A DNA stretch of 64,000 nt from Octopus vulgaris (GCA_951406725.2 OX597832.1:71114001-71178000); one strand, 5' to 3'. Counted from the stretch's first letter, positions 15,400-39,922 are shown. Notes: generated by a model from the sequence alone, not told the origin. Translations and numbers: made by a program.

Positions 15400-15899
15400 C
15401 TCTTTTACTCTTATACTTGTTTCAGTCATCTGGCTGAGGCCATGCTGGGGCACCGCCCTTGTTGCTACCCTCTCTAAGTCCAGTTTGCCGTGGCTGGCCA
15501 CTGATCTAAGAGAGAGTTTGTAGCTGCTGCCCTTAGGTTACCTTCGTACCTTGCAGTGGGTTCATCTGGGATCCCGGAAAGCAGCTTGTCTAGATGTTTT
15601 TTGAAAATGTCCACATCCGCATCATGTAGATCTCTTAGTTTTCTTGGCAGTTTGTTGAAAAGCTGAGAGCCCCTGAACCCCAGGCTATTACAGTATCTGC
15701 TCCTTACCCTGGATGTGGAAGACGGGACCTTTGGCACCACACAGTGACGTCCTGTACGGGGATTGGAACAGCTCTCAATTCCAAAATTTGGTGCTAGTCC
15801 CTCCAGGATTTTCCATATGTATATCACTGCATATCTCTCTCGTCTTCGTTCCATATATGTATATATATATGTATATCTCTCTCGTCTTCGTTCCATATA
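15400..15899 (-). mobile_element. 3' fragment of a related CR1/L2-group LINE (family C)
   Basis: [44 protein letters not shown]. Distinct tail CAGCATGGCCTCAGCCAGATGACTGAAACAAGTATAAGAGTAAAAGAG. The 5' junction segment is duplicated. Confidence 0.88.
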
Positions 15900-15913
15900 T
15901 GTATATATATATG

Positions 15914-15944
<31 letters not shown>

Positions 15945-15951
15945 GTATATA

Positions 15952-18564
15952 TGATTGATTGATTGATTGATTCCAGTTTCAGCTTCTGAGCTGTGGCCAT
16001 GCTGAGGCACCGCCATTTGGTGTTGCTACTTGGTTTCACTTCATGGAGGCTTTCTAGCAACTGCTATTTGGTGCATGAAAGAGTTCGATGCAGCTGCCCT
16101 CATCTGCCCCTTCTGCCGTGAAGTTGGTTCATCTGGGACACCTGACAGGAAGAGATCCAGCTCCATTTTAAAGACATCTGTATCCACCCCATGCAGGTCT
16201 CTCAGGTTCATCGGGAGGATATTGAAGAGCTGTGGGCCTCGGAAGCCCAGGCTGTCACAGAATCTTGTCCTACATCTTGATGGCAAGTTTGGAGTCCTAG
16301 GCACCACGCAGTGGCGCCCAGTTCTGGCATTTGCGTAACTCTCGATGCCAAAGTTCAGGACACTTTCCTCCAGGATCTTCCAGATGTATATTATGGCATA
16401 TCTTTCCCGCCTACGCTCCAGGGAATATAATTTTAATCTCTTGAGTCTTTCCCAGTAGCTTACATTCTGCATAGAGGCTATCTTCTTCGTGTAGCTTCGT
16501 TGGATCGCCTCAAGTTCTGTGATCAACTTGACACTGGATGGTGACCATAGCTGAGAGCAATAGTCAAAGTGACTTAGGACAAGTGTCTTCCAGAGGACCA
16601 TCATGGTTTCTTGTTCTCTTGTTCTAAAGGTTCTAAGAATCCATCCAGCCAGCCGTCTGCATTTCATTGTCAGTTTAGCAACATGTACATGAAAGGTCGC
16701 GTCATCACTCATGTGAATACCCAGGTCACGCACTGATTGTGCCTCTGGGATTGCAATCCCTCCGGGTCCAGTGTATTCCTTGGGTATTGCATTCAGTTTT
16801 GCATGCTGATAGTATAAAGCTTGAAACTTTTCAGCATTGAACTGCATGCTATTCTTTTCAGCCCACTTGTATATTTCGTCCAGCTCATATTGCAGGTGCC
16901 TAGTGTCTTCAGGGTTCTGTATTGCCTGTGAAACTTTTGTATCATCTGCATAACTTGTGATCGTGGCTCTCCGCGTGGCTGAGGGCATGTCTGAGAGGGC
17001 CATTATGAACAGTAGTGGTCCCAAAACAGTGCCCTGTGGAACACCGCTCACTATTTGCGTGCTAATGGAAGTGGCTACTACCACCTGACTTCTATTCTTC
17101 AGAAAGTCGTGAAGCCATTCTCCTAGTTTTCCAACTATGCCAAGATCACGCAGTTTGTGACATATCATTCCATGATCGACTTTATCGAAGGCCTTTGCGA
17201 AGTCGAGATATATGACTTCCACATTTGAGTGGTTGAGCAGTTGTTTCAGCACCCAGTCATAGTGCTGCAGGAGCTGAGTTAAGCAGCTTCTTCCTGGTCG
17301 GAAACCATGTTGGGTGTCAGGCAGCAAGTCATTTTCTTCAAGGAAGGTGATTAGTTTCCTTCTGACTATTCGTTCCATGACCTTGCTGATGTGTGAGGTC
17401 AGAGAGATAGGTCTGTAGTTCTTGGCCTCCGCTCTGCTACCTCCTTTATGAATAGGGCATATTTTACCTTCCTTCAGTTTTCCTGGAAGTTTGCCAGCTG
17501 CAAGGAAGCTCTGAAAGAGGAACTGCAGTGGTCTTGCTAAGACTCTCTTACATACTTTTAGGAGGATTGCTGGGAATCCATCGGGGCCAATAGCTGAGTC
17601 TATTTTCATTTCATCTATAGCCTTTATTACATCGTCTTCCTTTATATCGATGTAATCCATCGTCGCCGCCTCTGATTCTATATCTGCAGTGGTAAAGAAG
17701 TCAGTTGGATTGCTGATTTGGAAATGCCCAAGGGGTGGAGTGAAAACACTCTTGAATTGTTCATTCAGTATTTCACTTACCCTCATTGGTTTTCCTGTGA
17801 GTGTGCCATCCTTTTCAAGGAGTGGCCCTATCCTACAGTGCACCGTAGCTGTTTCTTTGGCATACCTGTAGAAAGCTCTGGGGTTAGTTTTTATGTTGTC
17901 TATAGCCCAGGCTTCTTTGTCTGCTCTTTCCTTCTCATGGGAGAGTTGCAGACAATTTTCAATTTCCAACAGTTTTATTTTCAGGCGGGACTTTTCACTG
18001 CTTTCAATTTGTTTGTTTAGGCGATTTGAGATTTTTGTGCGCCGTCTCATTAAAATTTTCTCTCTCTGGGGATTTTGTTCTTGTGTACAGTGGCCTTTCT
18101 CTCTGGGACACATTTGTAGCATATGGCTTGCATTACAGACATGAATTGTTGAAGTATCATGTCGATGTCCGGCGAGGAGAGAAATTCAGGCCAGTTTTGT
18201 TTGAGGATCTCTTTCTCAATTTGTTTCCAGTTTGCCTTATTGAAGTTCAAGCTGGAAAGATTCTGAGGGTTTCTTGTAGGCTGCATATCCGTGCTCTCTT
18301 TTGGCCCGTACATGGTCAGCTCTACCATGTTGTGATCCGAGATTAGTGTCGGTGTCACTTTCACATTATGGATGAGATCCATATTATTTGTGAAGCAGAG
18401 ATCCAGTGTGTTACCTGCTCTGGTTGGTTGGAGTATTACTTGCTCCATGTACAGGGTGTTGGTGAGGTTCAGAAGGGACCTCGCCTGTCCTCGTTCACAT
18501 CTTGACATTCCTGGGAGAGAAAGGCCCTCGGGCCATCTGACATTCGGTAGATTGAAGTCTCCCA
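15952..18564 (-). mobile_element. LINE family A copy 2, running into the assembly gap
   Basis: ORF 16041-18122 with YADD. Frameshift near 18060, 9-bp deletion (NGA missing), (AATC)n tail. Confidence 0.95.
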
Positions 18565-18664
18565 NNNNNNNNNNNNNNNNNNNNNNNNNNNNNNNNNNNN
18601 NNNNNNNNNNNNNNNNNNNNNNNNNNNNNNNNNNNNNNNNNNNNNNNNNNNNNNNNNNNNNNNN
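18565..18664. other. Assembly gap (100 N)
   Basis: Run of N. Confidence 1.
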
Positions 18665-18754
18665 AGTAAGGAAAATTTTTTTTTAAAAATGCAGAATGCT
18701 CAAATGAAAGAAAATTTTAATAAAATGAGAAATTGATAAAATATATAAATATAT

Positions 18755-18800
18755 ATTTATTCAACCGGTTTTCGTCATTGTATGACTTGTCAAGAATATT
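18755..18800 (-). ncRNA. Degenerate hammerhead-like motif
   Basis: Minus strand TATTC TTGACAA GTCAT-ACA-ATGAC GAAAA CCGGTT GAATA. Stems I and II pair and the core is a U3-A8 variant, with one extra A. Confidence 0.4.
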
Positions 18801-19429
18801 TATGTTTTAAGAAGTTTTTTTAAAAATTAGAAAGGGGAAAAAAAGAAAATTGCATTGTTTTTTGTAAAAGAATAATGATAAAAATGTACAAAAATTAAAA
18901 AATAAGTTCTCTGATACATTGTGAGTTCGTTGTGTATCTTGAGTTTTATGGTTGTTCACGAAAAAATTACCTTGAGGTGTTAAGATCCAAAGGGATTAAG
19001 AGCATGTGTGTGTTGTGTTGTTTAAATTCAGCATGTTTGCAGGACAGGAAGTAGTAGTAATTGTGGTTCTGGTTCTTCAGTTCCTGTGTTGTGAGTAAGG
19101 GGAGACAACTCTTTTGAGTTCTTCAATAAAACCCAAATTATAAAACTTATCATTTTAGCTTCATTTGCATTATCTTTTTTATATTTGCTTGTTAACTTAA
19201 CTTTCAGATTTTAACACTTTATTTATATTATTTTCTAATAATATAAATCTGCATAGACAATTGCATTTCAAATTGTCATATCATTTATAATAAAAATGAT
19301 AGTAATAACAACAATAGTAAAAATGATATTTAAAGAATATAAGTTTTAGCTTGAAGTGTGAATGCATGGTATCTTTATATATTTGTGTTAGTCCATCCAT
19401 GAAGAGTGAGGTAGAGAAAGGAAGTTTGA

Positions 19430-19562
19430 TCAACGAGGAGTTTGCATATTAAGTTGTGTTTGGAATTTTTCAATAAAGAGATTCTCCTTGTTAATTCTCT
19501 CCTGTGTGGTGATCCCATCTTTACATTGGTAGAAGGGGAATATATAGAATTTGGGGTTATAC
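19430..19562 (-). mobile_element. Penelope-like element remnant, GIY-YIG endonuclease C-terminus
   Basis: PKFYIFPFYQCKDGITTQERINKENLFIEKFQTQLN resembles the R..KE..FI.KF...LN end of PLE ORFs. The hammerhead-like motif lies downstream on the same strand. Confidence 0.5.
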
Positions 19563-19769
19563 ATACATACACACATACACATACACACACACACAGTATT
19601 GAAGCTTGAGAACAATCAGATACATTTGCAACACATCTGTTGAAAATATTATTGTTCACACACATACATATACATATATACATACAGACAGAGAGACAGA
19701 TAGACACACACACACATGATCCAGCATGGCCACAACCTCAAAGCTGAAACATATAAAAGAATAACAGAA

Positions 19770-20127
19770 TATAAATGTGTGCAAAGTACAAGAAATATTA
19801 ATGCAGTATATGAGGATTGGACAATAAGCGTAAGGCAGTGTCAATGGTGGTTCCAGAAATCCCGAGCCATAAACTACAGCCTAGAAGACGAGCCTCATCC
19901 TGAAAGATCTGTAGAACTCGACAAGGACATCCTGAAAACCCTGGTGGAACAAAATATCATCGTAACTGTTGAGGAACTAGCAGAGAAGCTTGGATTTGGT
20001 CATTCAACCATTCATTGACACCTGTGTGCTATCGGAAAAGTCAGCAAATTGGGTCAATGGGTTCTTCACGAACTTTCCGAGTCTAATTGCATGCAGAGAG
20101 TGAATGTATGCTTTTCTTTGCTGTCAC
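19770..20127 (+). mobile_element. Mariner transposase relic (N-terminal HTH region)
   Basis: STRNINAVY..TISVRQCQWWFQK..SLEDEPHPERS..TVEELAEKLGFGHSTIH*HL..GKVSKLGQWVLHEL (WVPHEL motif). A SINE tail precedes it at about 19718-19765. Confidence 0.85.
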
Positions 20128-20153
20128 ATCTCACCACTACTGCGCTATGTATA

Positions 20154-20788
20154 TCTATATATATAAAACTGTAGTTGTGTGAGTGTCTGTCCCCTTCGAT
20201 TTAGATTCCTAACTACTCCCACATTTTGCGGTACAGTTTAACCAAATTCGGGTAGCTTATAGTCATGATTCATATCGAGCCCGTCTGAATATTAGCGCGC
20301 GTCTACGATGAGTCTACGATTTTAAAAATAATTTAACATCATTTTTTATTCCATTTTAATGCATAATTTTTCGTGTGTCGATGGCGGCGGAGTTGGCGTC
20401 CACGCTCACACCTGCACCTGTGGGGAAGGGAGTGTAAGGAAATCAACGTCGTAATGCGTTGTCAAGGAGACCAGTGTTCTTTTAGAACAACGACTTCATG
20501 GCTTGAAGACACCAAAACAGAAATGGCTAAGAAAGCGTCTACATGAGTCTACGATTTAAAAAAAAATTTACCATCGTTTTTTTCCCATTTTAATGCATTT
20601 TTTCGCTATTATATAAGGGAAGTAACTCTCTAAAAATGTCTACGATGAGTCAACGATTTAAAAAAAATTTACCGTCATATTTTTTCCATTTTTAATGCAT
20701 TTTTTGCTATTTTTGGCTATAACTCTCTAAAAATGCTTATATAGTTATTTCCTTACAAACCCGAGCAACGCCGGGGCGATACTGCTAG
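20154..20788 (+). mobile_element. Non-autonomous Helitron
   Basis: 5' TCTATATATATAAAA. 3' hairpin CCCGAGCAACGCCGGG followed by CTAG. Inserted between A and T with no TSD. Three internal ~65-bp repeats near 20302, 20538 and 20639. Confidence 0.8.
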
Positions 20789-27487
<6,699 letters not shown>

Positions 27488-27956
27488 TGGTCACCATCCA
27501 GTGTCAAGTTGATCACAGAACTTGAGGCGATCCAACGAAGCTACACTAAGAAGATAGCCTCTATGCAGAAATGCTACTGGGAAAGACTCAAGAGATTAAA
27601 ATTATATTCTCTGGAGCGTAGGCGGGTATATGCCATAATATACATCTGGAAGATCCTGGAGGGAAGTGTCCTGAACTTTGGCATCGAGAGTTACGCAAAC
27701 GCCAGAACTGGCCACTGCGTGGTGCCTAGGACTCCAAACTTGCCATCAAGATGTAGGACAAGATTCTGTGATAGCCTGGGCTTCCGAGGCCCACAGCTCT
27801 TCAATATCCTACCGATGAATACCTGCATGGGGTATGTCTTTAAAATGGAGCTGGATATATAGATGAGGGCAGCTGCATCGAACTCTCTATGCACCAAATA
27901 GCAGTTGCTATATATATATGGCCACAGCTATAAGTATGGAATCAATCAATCAATCA

Positions 27957-27960
<4 letters not shown>
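27488..27960 (+). mobile_element. LINE family A copy 4, short 3' fragment with deletions and TA patches
   Basis: [31 protein letters not shown], (AATC)n tail. Confidence 0.85.
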
Positions 27961-29047
<1,087 letters not shown>

Positions 29048-29320
29048 TCATCATCATCATCATCATCATCGTTTAACGTCCGTTTTCCGCGCTAGCACGG
29101 GTTGGACGGTTCGACCGGGGTCTGGGAAGCCAGGGGCCGCTCCAGGCTCCAGTCTGATTCTGGCAGAGTTTCTACGGCTGGATGCCCTTCCTAACGCCAA
29201 CCACTCCGTGAGTGGATTGGGTGCTTTTTACGTGCCACCTGCACAGGGGCCGGGGGTCCGGCATCGGTCACGATCGGTTCGAGCTTTTAACGTGCCAGGG
29301 ACACGGGGGCAACGGGATGC
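29048..29320 (-). mobile_element. RTE family B-type 3' end with (ATG)n tail
   Basis: (CAT)n CGTTTAACGTCCGTTTTCC..GGCTGGATGCCCTTCCTAACGCCAACCACTCC. Confidence 0.85.
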
Positions 29321-29813
29321 GGGGTAGAGTTGAGTTGGGGGGGGTCCAGCTGAGAAAGGTTTCACCAGTGAAAAGAGAGGGAGAGATAGTAAAGGGGTGC
29401 GGGTAATATAGGGGAGCACCAGTGGGGAAGGTTGGGGTAAGGAGGAACGATGGCAGGAAGGGTTGGTGAAGGTTCGTAAGAAATATAAACGTAGGATGTG
29501 TATATATATATATGGGTAGGTGTGGGGAAGGTTGGGGGGTAAGGAGGAACGATGGCAGGAAGGGTTGGTGCAGGTTCGTAAGAAATAAAAACGTAGGATA
29601 TTACGAGGCATGGAGGGGACTGGAAGGAGATAGTAGGATTGAGGCAGTGTCAGATTCAAAACAGGAGGAAGCGTAAGATCAGAGGGCGGTTGATGAGCTG
29701 AGACGCTAGCAGCTTGTCTTTTCTCAGTGAAAGCATATGAGGAGAAGGGGTAGGAAGGGGTGGTGGGGGAGGAGGAGGGAGTATCCGGTGTAGATGGTGA
29801 GAACAGTGTTCAC

Positions 29814-30033
29814 CGGTATTGGTGGTATTGGTGGGGTGGTATTGGTGGTAGGGGTGGTATTGGTGGTGGGAGGGGGTATTGGTGGGGGGTGGTATTGGTG
29901 GTGGGGGTGGTATTGGTGGTGGTGGTATTGGTGGTGGTGGTGGTATTGGTGGTATTGGTGGTGGGGGTGGTATTGGTGGTGGGGGTGGTATTGGTGGTAT
30001 TGGGGGTGGTATTGGTGGTGGTGGTGGTGGTGG
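29814..30033. repeat. (GGT)/(GGTATT) G-rich simple repeat
   Basis: Direct reading. Confidence 0.9.
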
Positions 30034-30044
30034 GAGGGCGGGCG

Positions 30045-30483
30045 CACCGCGCAATGGGAGAAGATGAGATTTTTAGGCGGCAGAAAGAAAGACAGGATTT
30101 GAGATGGAATGCTTTGCGATCGTGTGCATAAGTTTCTATGAGTGGAAGTTGGGAAAAGATGGGTTAGAGAATTAAGCGACAGAAAGAAAGACCAAATTTG
30201 AGACGAGATGTTTTTGCGAAGTTTTTGTGAATGAAAGTTTATATGCTTCAGCTAGCATTTGAGACGAAAGACAACGATAACGCCAATATATGGGGAAACA
30301 ATAATAATAAGAAGGCTTGATGGTGATGATGATACTTGCAAAAACAATGAAAAGAAGGAACAGGACTTAGCTGATATATTTCATCCTGCGTATTGGCTAA
30401 GCCTGTGGAAGCGAGTGAAGGCGAGATATATATACAGAGAGAGAGAGAGACAGTGATAACAGAGGGAGAAACTGACACCACAT

Positions 30484-30532
<49 letters not shown>

Positions 30533-30994
30533 GTGATAACAGAGGGACAAAACGACACCGCGCAATGGGAGAAGATGAGATTTTTAGGCGGCAGAAAGAA
30601 AGACAGGATTTGAGATGGAATGCTTTGCGATCGTGTGCATAAGTTTCTATGAGTGGAAGTTGGGAAAAGATGGGTTAGAGAATTAAGCGACAGAAAGAAA
30701 GACCAAATTTGAGACGAGATGTTTTTGCGAAGTTTTTGTGAATGAAAGTTTATATGCTTCAGCTAGCATTTGAGACGAAAGACAACGATAACGCCAATAT
30801 ATGGGGAAACAATAATAATAAGAAGGCTTGATGGTGATGATGATACTTGCAAAAACAATGAAAAGAAGGAACAGGACTTAGCTGATATTTTTCATCCTGC
30901 GTATTGGCTAAGCCTGTGGAAGCGAGTGAAGGCGAGATATATATACAGAGAGAGAGAGAGACAGTGATAACAGAGGGAGAAACCGACACCACAT

Positions 30995-31051
<57 letters not shown>

Positions 31052-31513
31052 GTGATAACAGAGGGACAAAACGACACCGCGCAATGGGAGAAGATGAGAT
31101 TTTTAGGCGGCAGAAAGAAAGACAGGATTTGAGATGGAATGCTTTGCGATCGTGTGCATAAGTTTCTATGAGTGGAAGTTGGGAAAAGATGGGTTAGAGA
31201 ATTAAGCGACAGAAAGAAAGACCAAATTTGAGACGAGATGTTTTTGCGAAGTTTTTGTGAATGAAAGTTTATATGCTTCAGCTAGCATTTGAGACGAAAG
31301 ACAACGATAACGCCAATATATGGGGAAACAATAATAATAAGAAGGCTTGATGGTGATGATGATACTTGCAAAAACAATGAAAAGAAGGAACAGGACTTAG
31401 CTGATATTTTTCATCCTGCGTATTGGCTAAGCCTGTGGAAGCGAGTGAAGGCGAGATATACATACAGAGAGAGAGAGAGACAGTGATAACAGAGGGAGAA
31501 ACCGACACCACAT

Positions 31514-31604
<91 letters not shown>

Positions 31605-31762
31605 CATAGTGATAACAGAGGGACAAAACGACACCGCGCAATGGGAGAAGATGAGATATATATACATATATATATATATACATATATATATACATATATA
31701 TACACACATATATATATACATATATATATACACATATATATATACATACATATATATATATG

Positions 31763-31811
<49 letters not shown>

Positions 31812-31909
31812 GTATATATACATATATATATATACATATATATGTACATATATATACACATATATATGTATGTATATATATATACATATATATATACATA
31901 TATATATAC

Positions 31910-31958
<49 letters not shown>

Positions 31959-31985
31959 TATATACATATAAATATACATATATAT

Positions 31986-32034
<49 letters not shown>

Positions 32035-32099
32035 TATATACACATATATATACACATATATATATACATATATATACATATATATATACATATATATAC

Positions 32100-32154
<55 letters not shown>

Positions 32155-32276
32155 CATATATATACATATGTATATATGTATGTATATATATATATACATA
32201 TATATATATGCATATATATATGTATATATATATATGTATATATATATACATATATATATACATATATATATGTATA

Positions 32277-32329
<53 letters not shown>

Positions 32330-32352
32330 GTATATATATATATGTATATATG

Positions 32353-32383
<31 letters not shown>

Positions 32384-33576
32384 GTATATATATATGTATA
32401 TATATATATATGTATATATGTATATATATATATACATATATATGTACACATATATACACATATATACACACACACACATATATATGTACATATATATATA
32501 TACATGTATATATGTATATATACATATATATATACATGTATATATGTATATATACATATATATACATATATATGTATGTATATATATATACATGGCAGAA
32601 AGAAAGATAGGATTTGAGATGGATATATATTTGCGATCGTGTGCATAAGTTTCTATGAGTGGAAGTTGGGAAAAGATGGGTATAGAGAATATATAGCATA
32701 TATATATACATATATATATGTATATATATACACACACAGACGAGACACACACACACAGTTTTTGTACATGAAAGTTTACATATGCTTCAGCTAGCATTTG
32801 AGACGAAAGACAATATATATATATATATATATATGGGGATAAACAATATATAATAATATATATATATATTGATATATATATATATGATACTATATAATAT
32901 ATATATATATAAATAGAAGGAACAGGACTTAGCTGATATATATATATCATCCTATATATTGGCTAAGCCTGTGGATATATAGTATATATATATATATATA
33001 TATACAGAGAGAGAGAGAGACAGTGATATATATATATACATATATATATACCGACACCACATATATATATATATATATAGCGAGAGAGAGAGAGAGAGAG
33101 AGACATATATATATAACAGAGGGACAAAACGACACCGCGCAATGGGAGAAGATGAGATTTTTAGGCGGCAGAAAGAAAGACAGGATTTAGATGGAATGCT
33201 TTGCGATCGTGTGCATAATATATATTTCTATGAGTGGAAGTTGGGAAAAGATGGGTTAGAGAATTAAGCGACAGAAAGAAAGACCAAATTTGAGACGAGA
33301 TGTTTTTGCGAAGTTTTTGTGAATGAAAGTTTATATGCTTCAGCTAGCATTTGAGACGAAAGACAACGATAACGCCAATATATGGGGAAACAATAATAAT
33401 AAGAAGGCTTGATGGTGATGATGATACTTGCAAAAACAATGAAAAGAAGGAACAGGACTTAGCTGATATTTTTCATCCTGCGTATTGGCTAAGCCTGTGG
33501 AAGCGAGTGAAGGCAGAGATATACATACAGAGAGAGAGAGAGACAGTGATAACAGAGGGAGAAACCGACACCACAT

Positions 33577-33641
<65 letters not shown>

Positions 33642-33690
33642 GTGATAACAGAGGGACAAAACGACACCGCGCAATGGGAGAAGATGAGAT
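30045..33690. repeat. Tandem repeat, ~511-557 bp unit, about 5 copies
   Basis: Unit start CACCGCGCAATGGGAGAAG at 30045, 30556, 31075, 31632, 33133 and 33665. Length varies in an internal (GA)n. The 4th unit is interleaved with TA runs. Confidence 0.92.
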
Positions 33691-36981
<3,291 letters not shown>

Positions 36982-36982
<1 letters not shown>

Positions 36983-37825
36983 GATTGATTTTGATTTTTC
37001 CAGTTTCAGCTAATGAGCTGTGGCCATGCTGGGGCACCGCCATTTGGTTTGCTACACGGGTTTACCTCACGGATGCTTTTAGCAAACGCCATCTGATGCA
37101 TGAGAAAGTTCGATGCAGCTGCCTTCATCTGCACCTCCTGCCGTGAAGTTGGTTCATCCGGGACACCTGACAGGAAGAGATCCAGTCCAGTCCTACTTTA
37201 AAGACATCCGCATCTACACCATGCAGGTCCCTCAGGTTCTTCGGGAGGATATTGAAGAGCCGTGGGCCTCTGAAGCCCAGGCTAACACAATATCTTGTCC
37301 TACATCTTGATGGCAAATTTGGAGTCCTTGGTACCACGCAGTGGCGTCCGGTTCTGGCGTTTGTGTGACTCTCGATGCCAAAGTCTGGGACAAGACCTTC
37401 CAGATATATATTATGGCATATTTCTCGCCTACGCTCCAGGGAATAGAGCTTTAATCTCTTGAGTCTCTCCCAGTAGCTCGTATGCTGCACAGAGGCTATC
37501 TTCTTCGTGTAGCTTCGTTGGATCGCCTCAAGTTCTGTGATCAACTTGACACTGGATGGTGACCATAGCTGAGAGCAATAGTCAGTGGCTTAGGACAAGT
37601 GTCTTCCAGAGGACCATCATGGTTTCTTGTTCTCTTGTTCTAAAGGTTCTAAGAATCCATCCAGCCAGCCGTCTACATTTCATTGTCAGTTTAGCAACAT
37701 GTACATGAAAGGTCGCGTCATCACTCATGTGAGTACCCAGGTCACGCACTGATTGTGCCTCTGGGATTGCAATCCCTCCGGGTCCAGTGTATTCATTGGG
37801 TATTGCATTCAGTTTTGCATGCTGA
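36982..37825 (-). mobile_element. LINE family A copy 5, 3' fragment
   Basis: [30 protein letters not shown].. Tail CCCCAGCATGGCCACAGCTCATTAGCTGAAACT runs into TA repeats. Confidence 0.9.
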
Positions 37826-38513
37826 CTGGATGGATTCTTAGAGCTTTTAGAACAAGAGACCAGGAAACCATGATGGTCCTCTGGAGGACACTTGTCCTAA
37901 GCCACTTTGACTATTGCTCTCAGTTATGGTCACCAACCAGTGTCAGATTAATCACAGAACTTGAGGCGATCCAACGAAGCTACACAAAGAAGATAGCCTC
38001 TATGCAGCATATAATCTATTGGGAAAGACTCAAGAGATTAAGACTCTATTCCTTAGAGTGTAGGCGAAAAAGATATGCCATAATATACATCTGGAAGATC
38101 CTCGATGGACTTGTCCCAAACTTTGGCATCAAGAGTTACACAAATACCAGAACTGGGCGCCACTGCATAGTGCCAAGGACTCCAAATTTGCCATCAAGAT
38201 GTAGGACAAGATACCGAGATAGCTCGGGCTTCAGAGGTCCACGGCTCTTCAATATATCCTCCCGAAGGACCTGAGACCTGCATGGTGTAGATGCGGATGT
38301 CTTTAAAGTAGGACTGGATCTCTTCCTGTCAGGTGTCCCAGATGAACCAACTTCACGGCAGGAGGTGCAGATGAGGGCAGCTGCATCAAACTCTCTCATA
38401 CATCAAATGTCAATTGCTAAAAAGCATCCGTGAAGTAAAATCATGTAGCGACACCGAATGGCATGGCCACAGCTCGTGAGCTGAAACTAGATAGAATAAA
38501 AAAATTAAAAATC
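37822..38513 (+). mobile_element. LINE family A copy 6, 3' fragment joined 5'-to-5' with copy 5
   Basis: [21 protein letters not shown].. Tail GCATGGCCACAGCTCGTGAGCTGAAACT runs into TA repeats. Confidence 0.9.
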
Positions 38514-38770
38514 TATATGTATATGCACATATATATATATGTATATATATATGCAAATATATATATATGCATATATGCATATATATATATATATGCATAT
38601 ATATATATATATGCATATATATATATATATGCATATATACATATATATATATATGCATATATATATGCATATATATATATATGCATATATATATATATAT
38701 GCATATATATATATATAAATGCGTGTATATATATATATATATATATGCATGTATATATATATATATATGC

Positions 38771-38813
<43 letters not shown>

Positions 38814-38989
38814 TATATATATATGCATATATATATATATATGTATATATATATATGAATATATATATGTATATATATGCATATATATATATACATATAT
38901 ATATATATGTGTGTGCTTATATATATACACGACGTCCTTTATATCTTTATATACTTATTTTTTTACATCTTTACTTTTTTTTATTATAT

Positions 38990-39364
38990 TACTCTTACTC
39001 TTTTACTCTTTTACTTGTTTCAGTCATTTGACTGCGGCCATGCTGGAGCACCGCCTTAAATCGAGCAACTCGACCCCGGGACTTATTCTTTTGTAAGCCC
39101 AGTACTTATTCTATCGGTCTCTTTTGCCGAACCGCTAAGAAACGGGGACATAAACACACCAGCATCGGTTGTCAAGCAATGCTAGGGAGACAATCACAGA
39201 CACACGCATATATACATTTCCGTCTACCAAATCCACTCACAAGGCTTTGGTCGGCCCGAGGCTATAGCAAAAGACACCTGCCCAAGGTGCCACGCAGTGG
39301 GACTGAACCCGGAACTATGTGGTTGGTAAACAAGTTACTTACCACACAGCCACTCCTGCGCCTA
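38990..39364 (-). mobile_element. tRNA-derived CORE-like SINE
   Basis: Minus strand: A box TGGCTGTGTGG, B box GGTTCAGTCCC, CORE-like GCACCTTGGGCAGGTGTCTT, tail GACTGAAACAAGTAAAAGAGTAAAAGAG. Confidence 0.85.
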
Positions 39365-39886
39365 TTGTATATTTATTATTATCCTTCATAATTATGTTTA
39401 AATTTATATATATATTTTTTTCTTTTTTTGCGATCCCAACTTCATTAAAGTTTCACCGCCTTCCCCTCCTTTCCTCTTTCTCTCAACATCCAATTCCTTC
39501 CCATATATGAAGTAATCTACCCAATATTCATTCTTTATCGAGTGAAGAAAAGGTATGGATGATTTGTTTTGGAGTCTCGCAATACCATGTACGCCTATGA
39601 GGATTTACTTTCCCAATGAAACTCGTTTTTTTCTCAAACTTTTTCTCAAACCCGTTATTATGTGATACATGTCTTTGGTGTGGTAATTGTACGCTGCTGA
39701 AGAAGGCTTTTGATCTATCTATTATATCAATTATGCATCGATATAAGAATAAGTTGTTTAATAAAGCCTGAAACATATGTACCGCAAAATCCTTTGCGTC
39801 CTGTTTTTCTTTTGATACATATATCCTATCACCTATACAGGTGCTTACATTTATCAAGTATTCACCCTGAATTTATTGTACCTATA

Positions 39887-39922
<36 letters not shown>

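Noticed and set aside
29656-30131. Pro-, Gly- or Trp-rich ORFs
   Set aside because: They derive from the GGT/GGTATT simple repeat. The HHLHRILPP stretch may be an old LINE C-terminus but is too weak to call.
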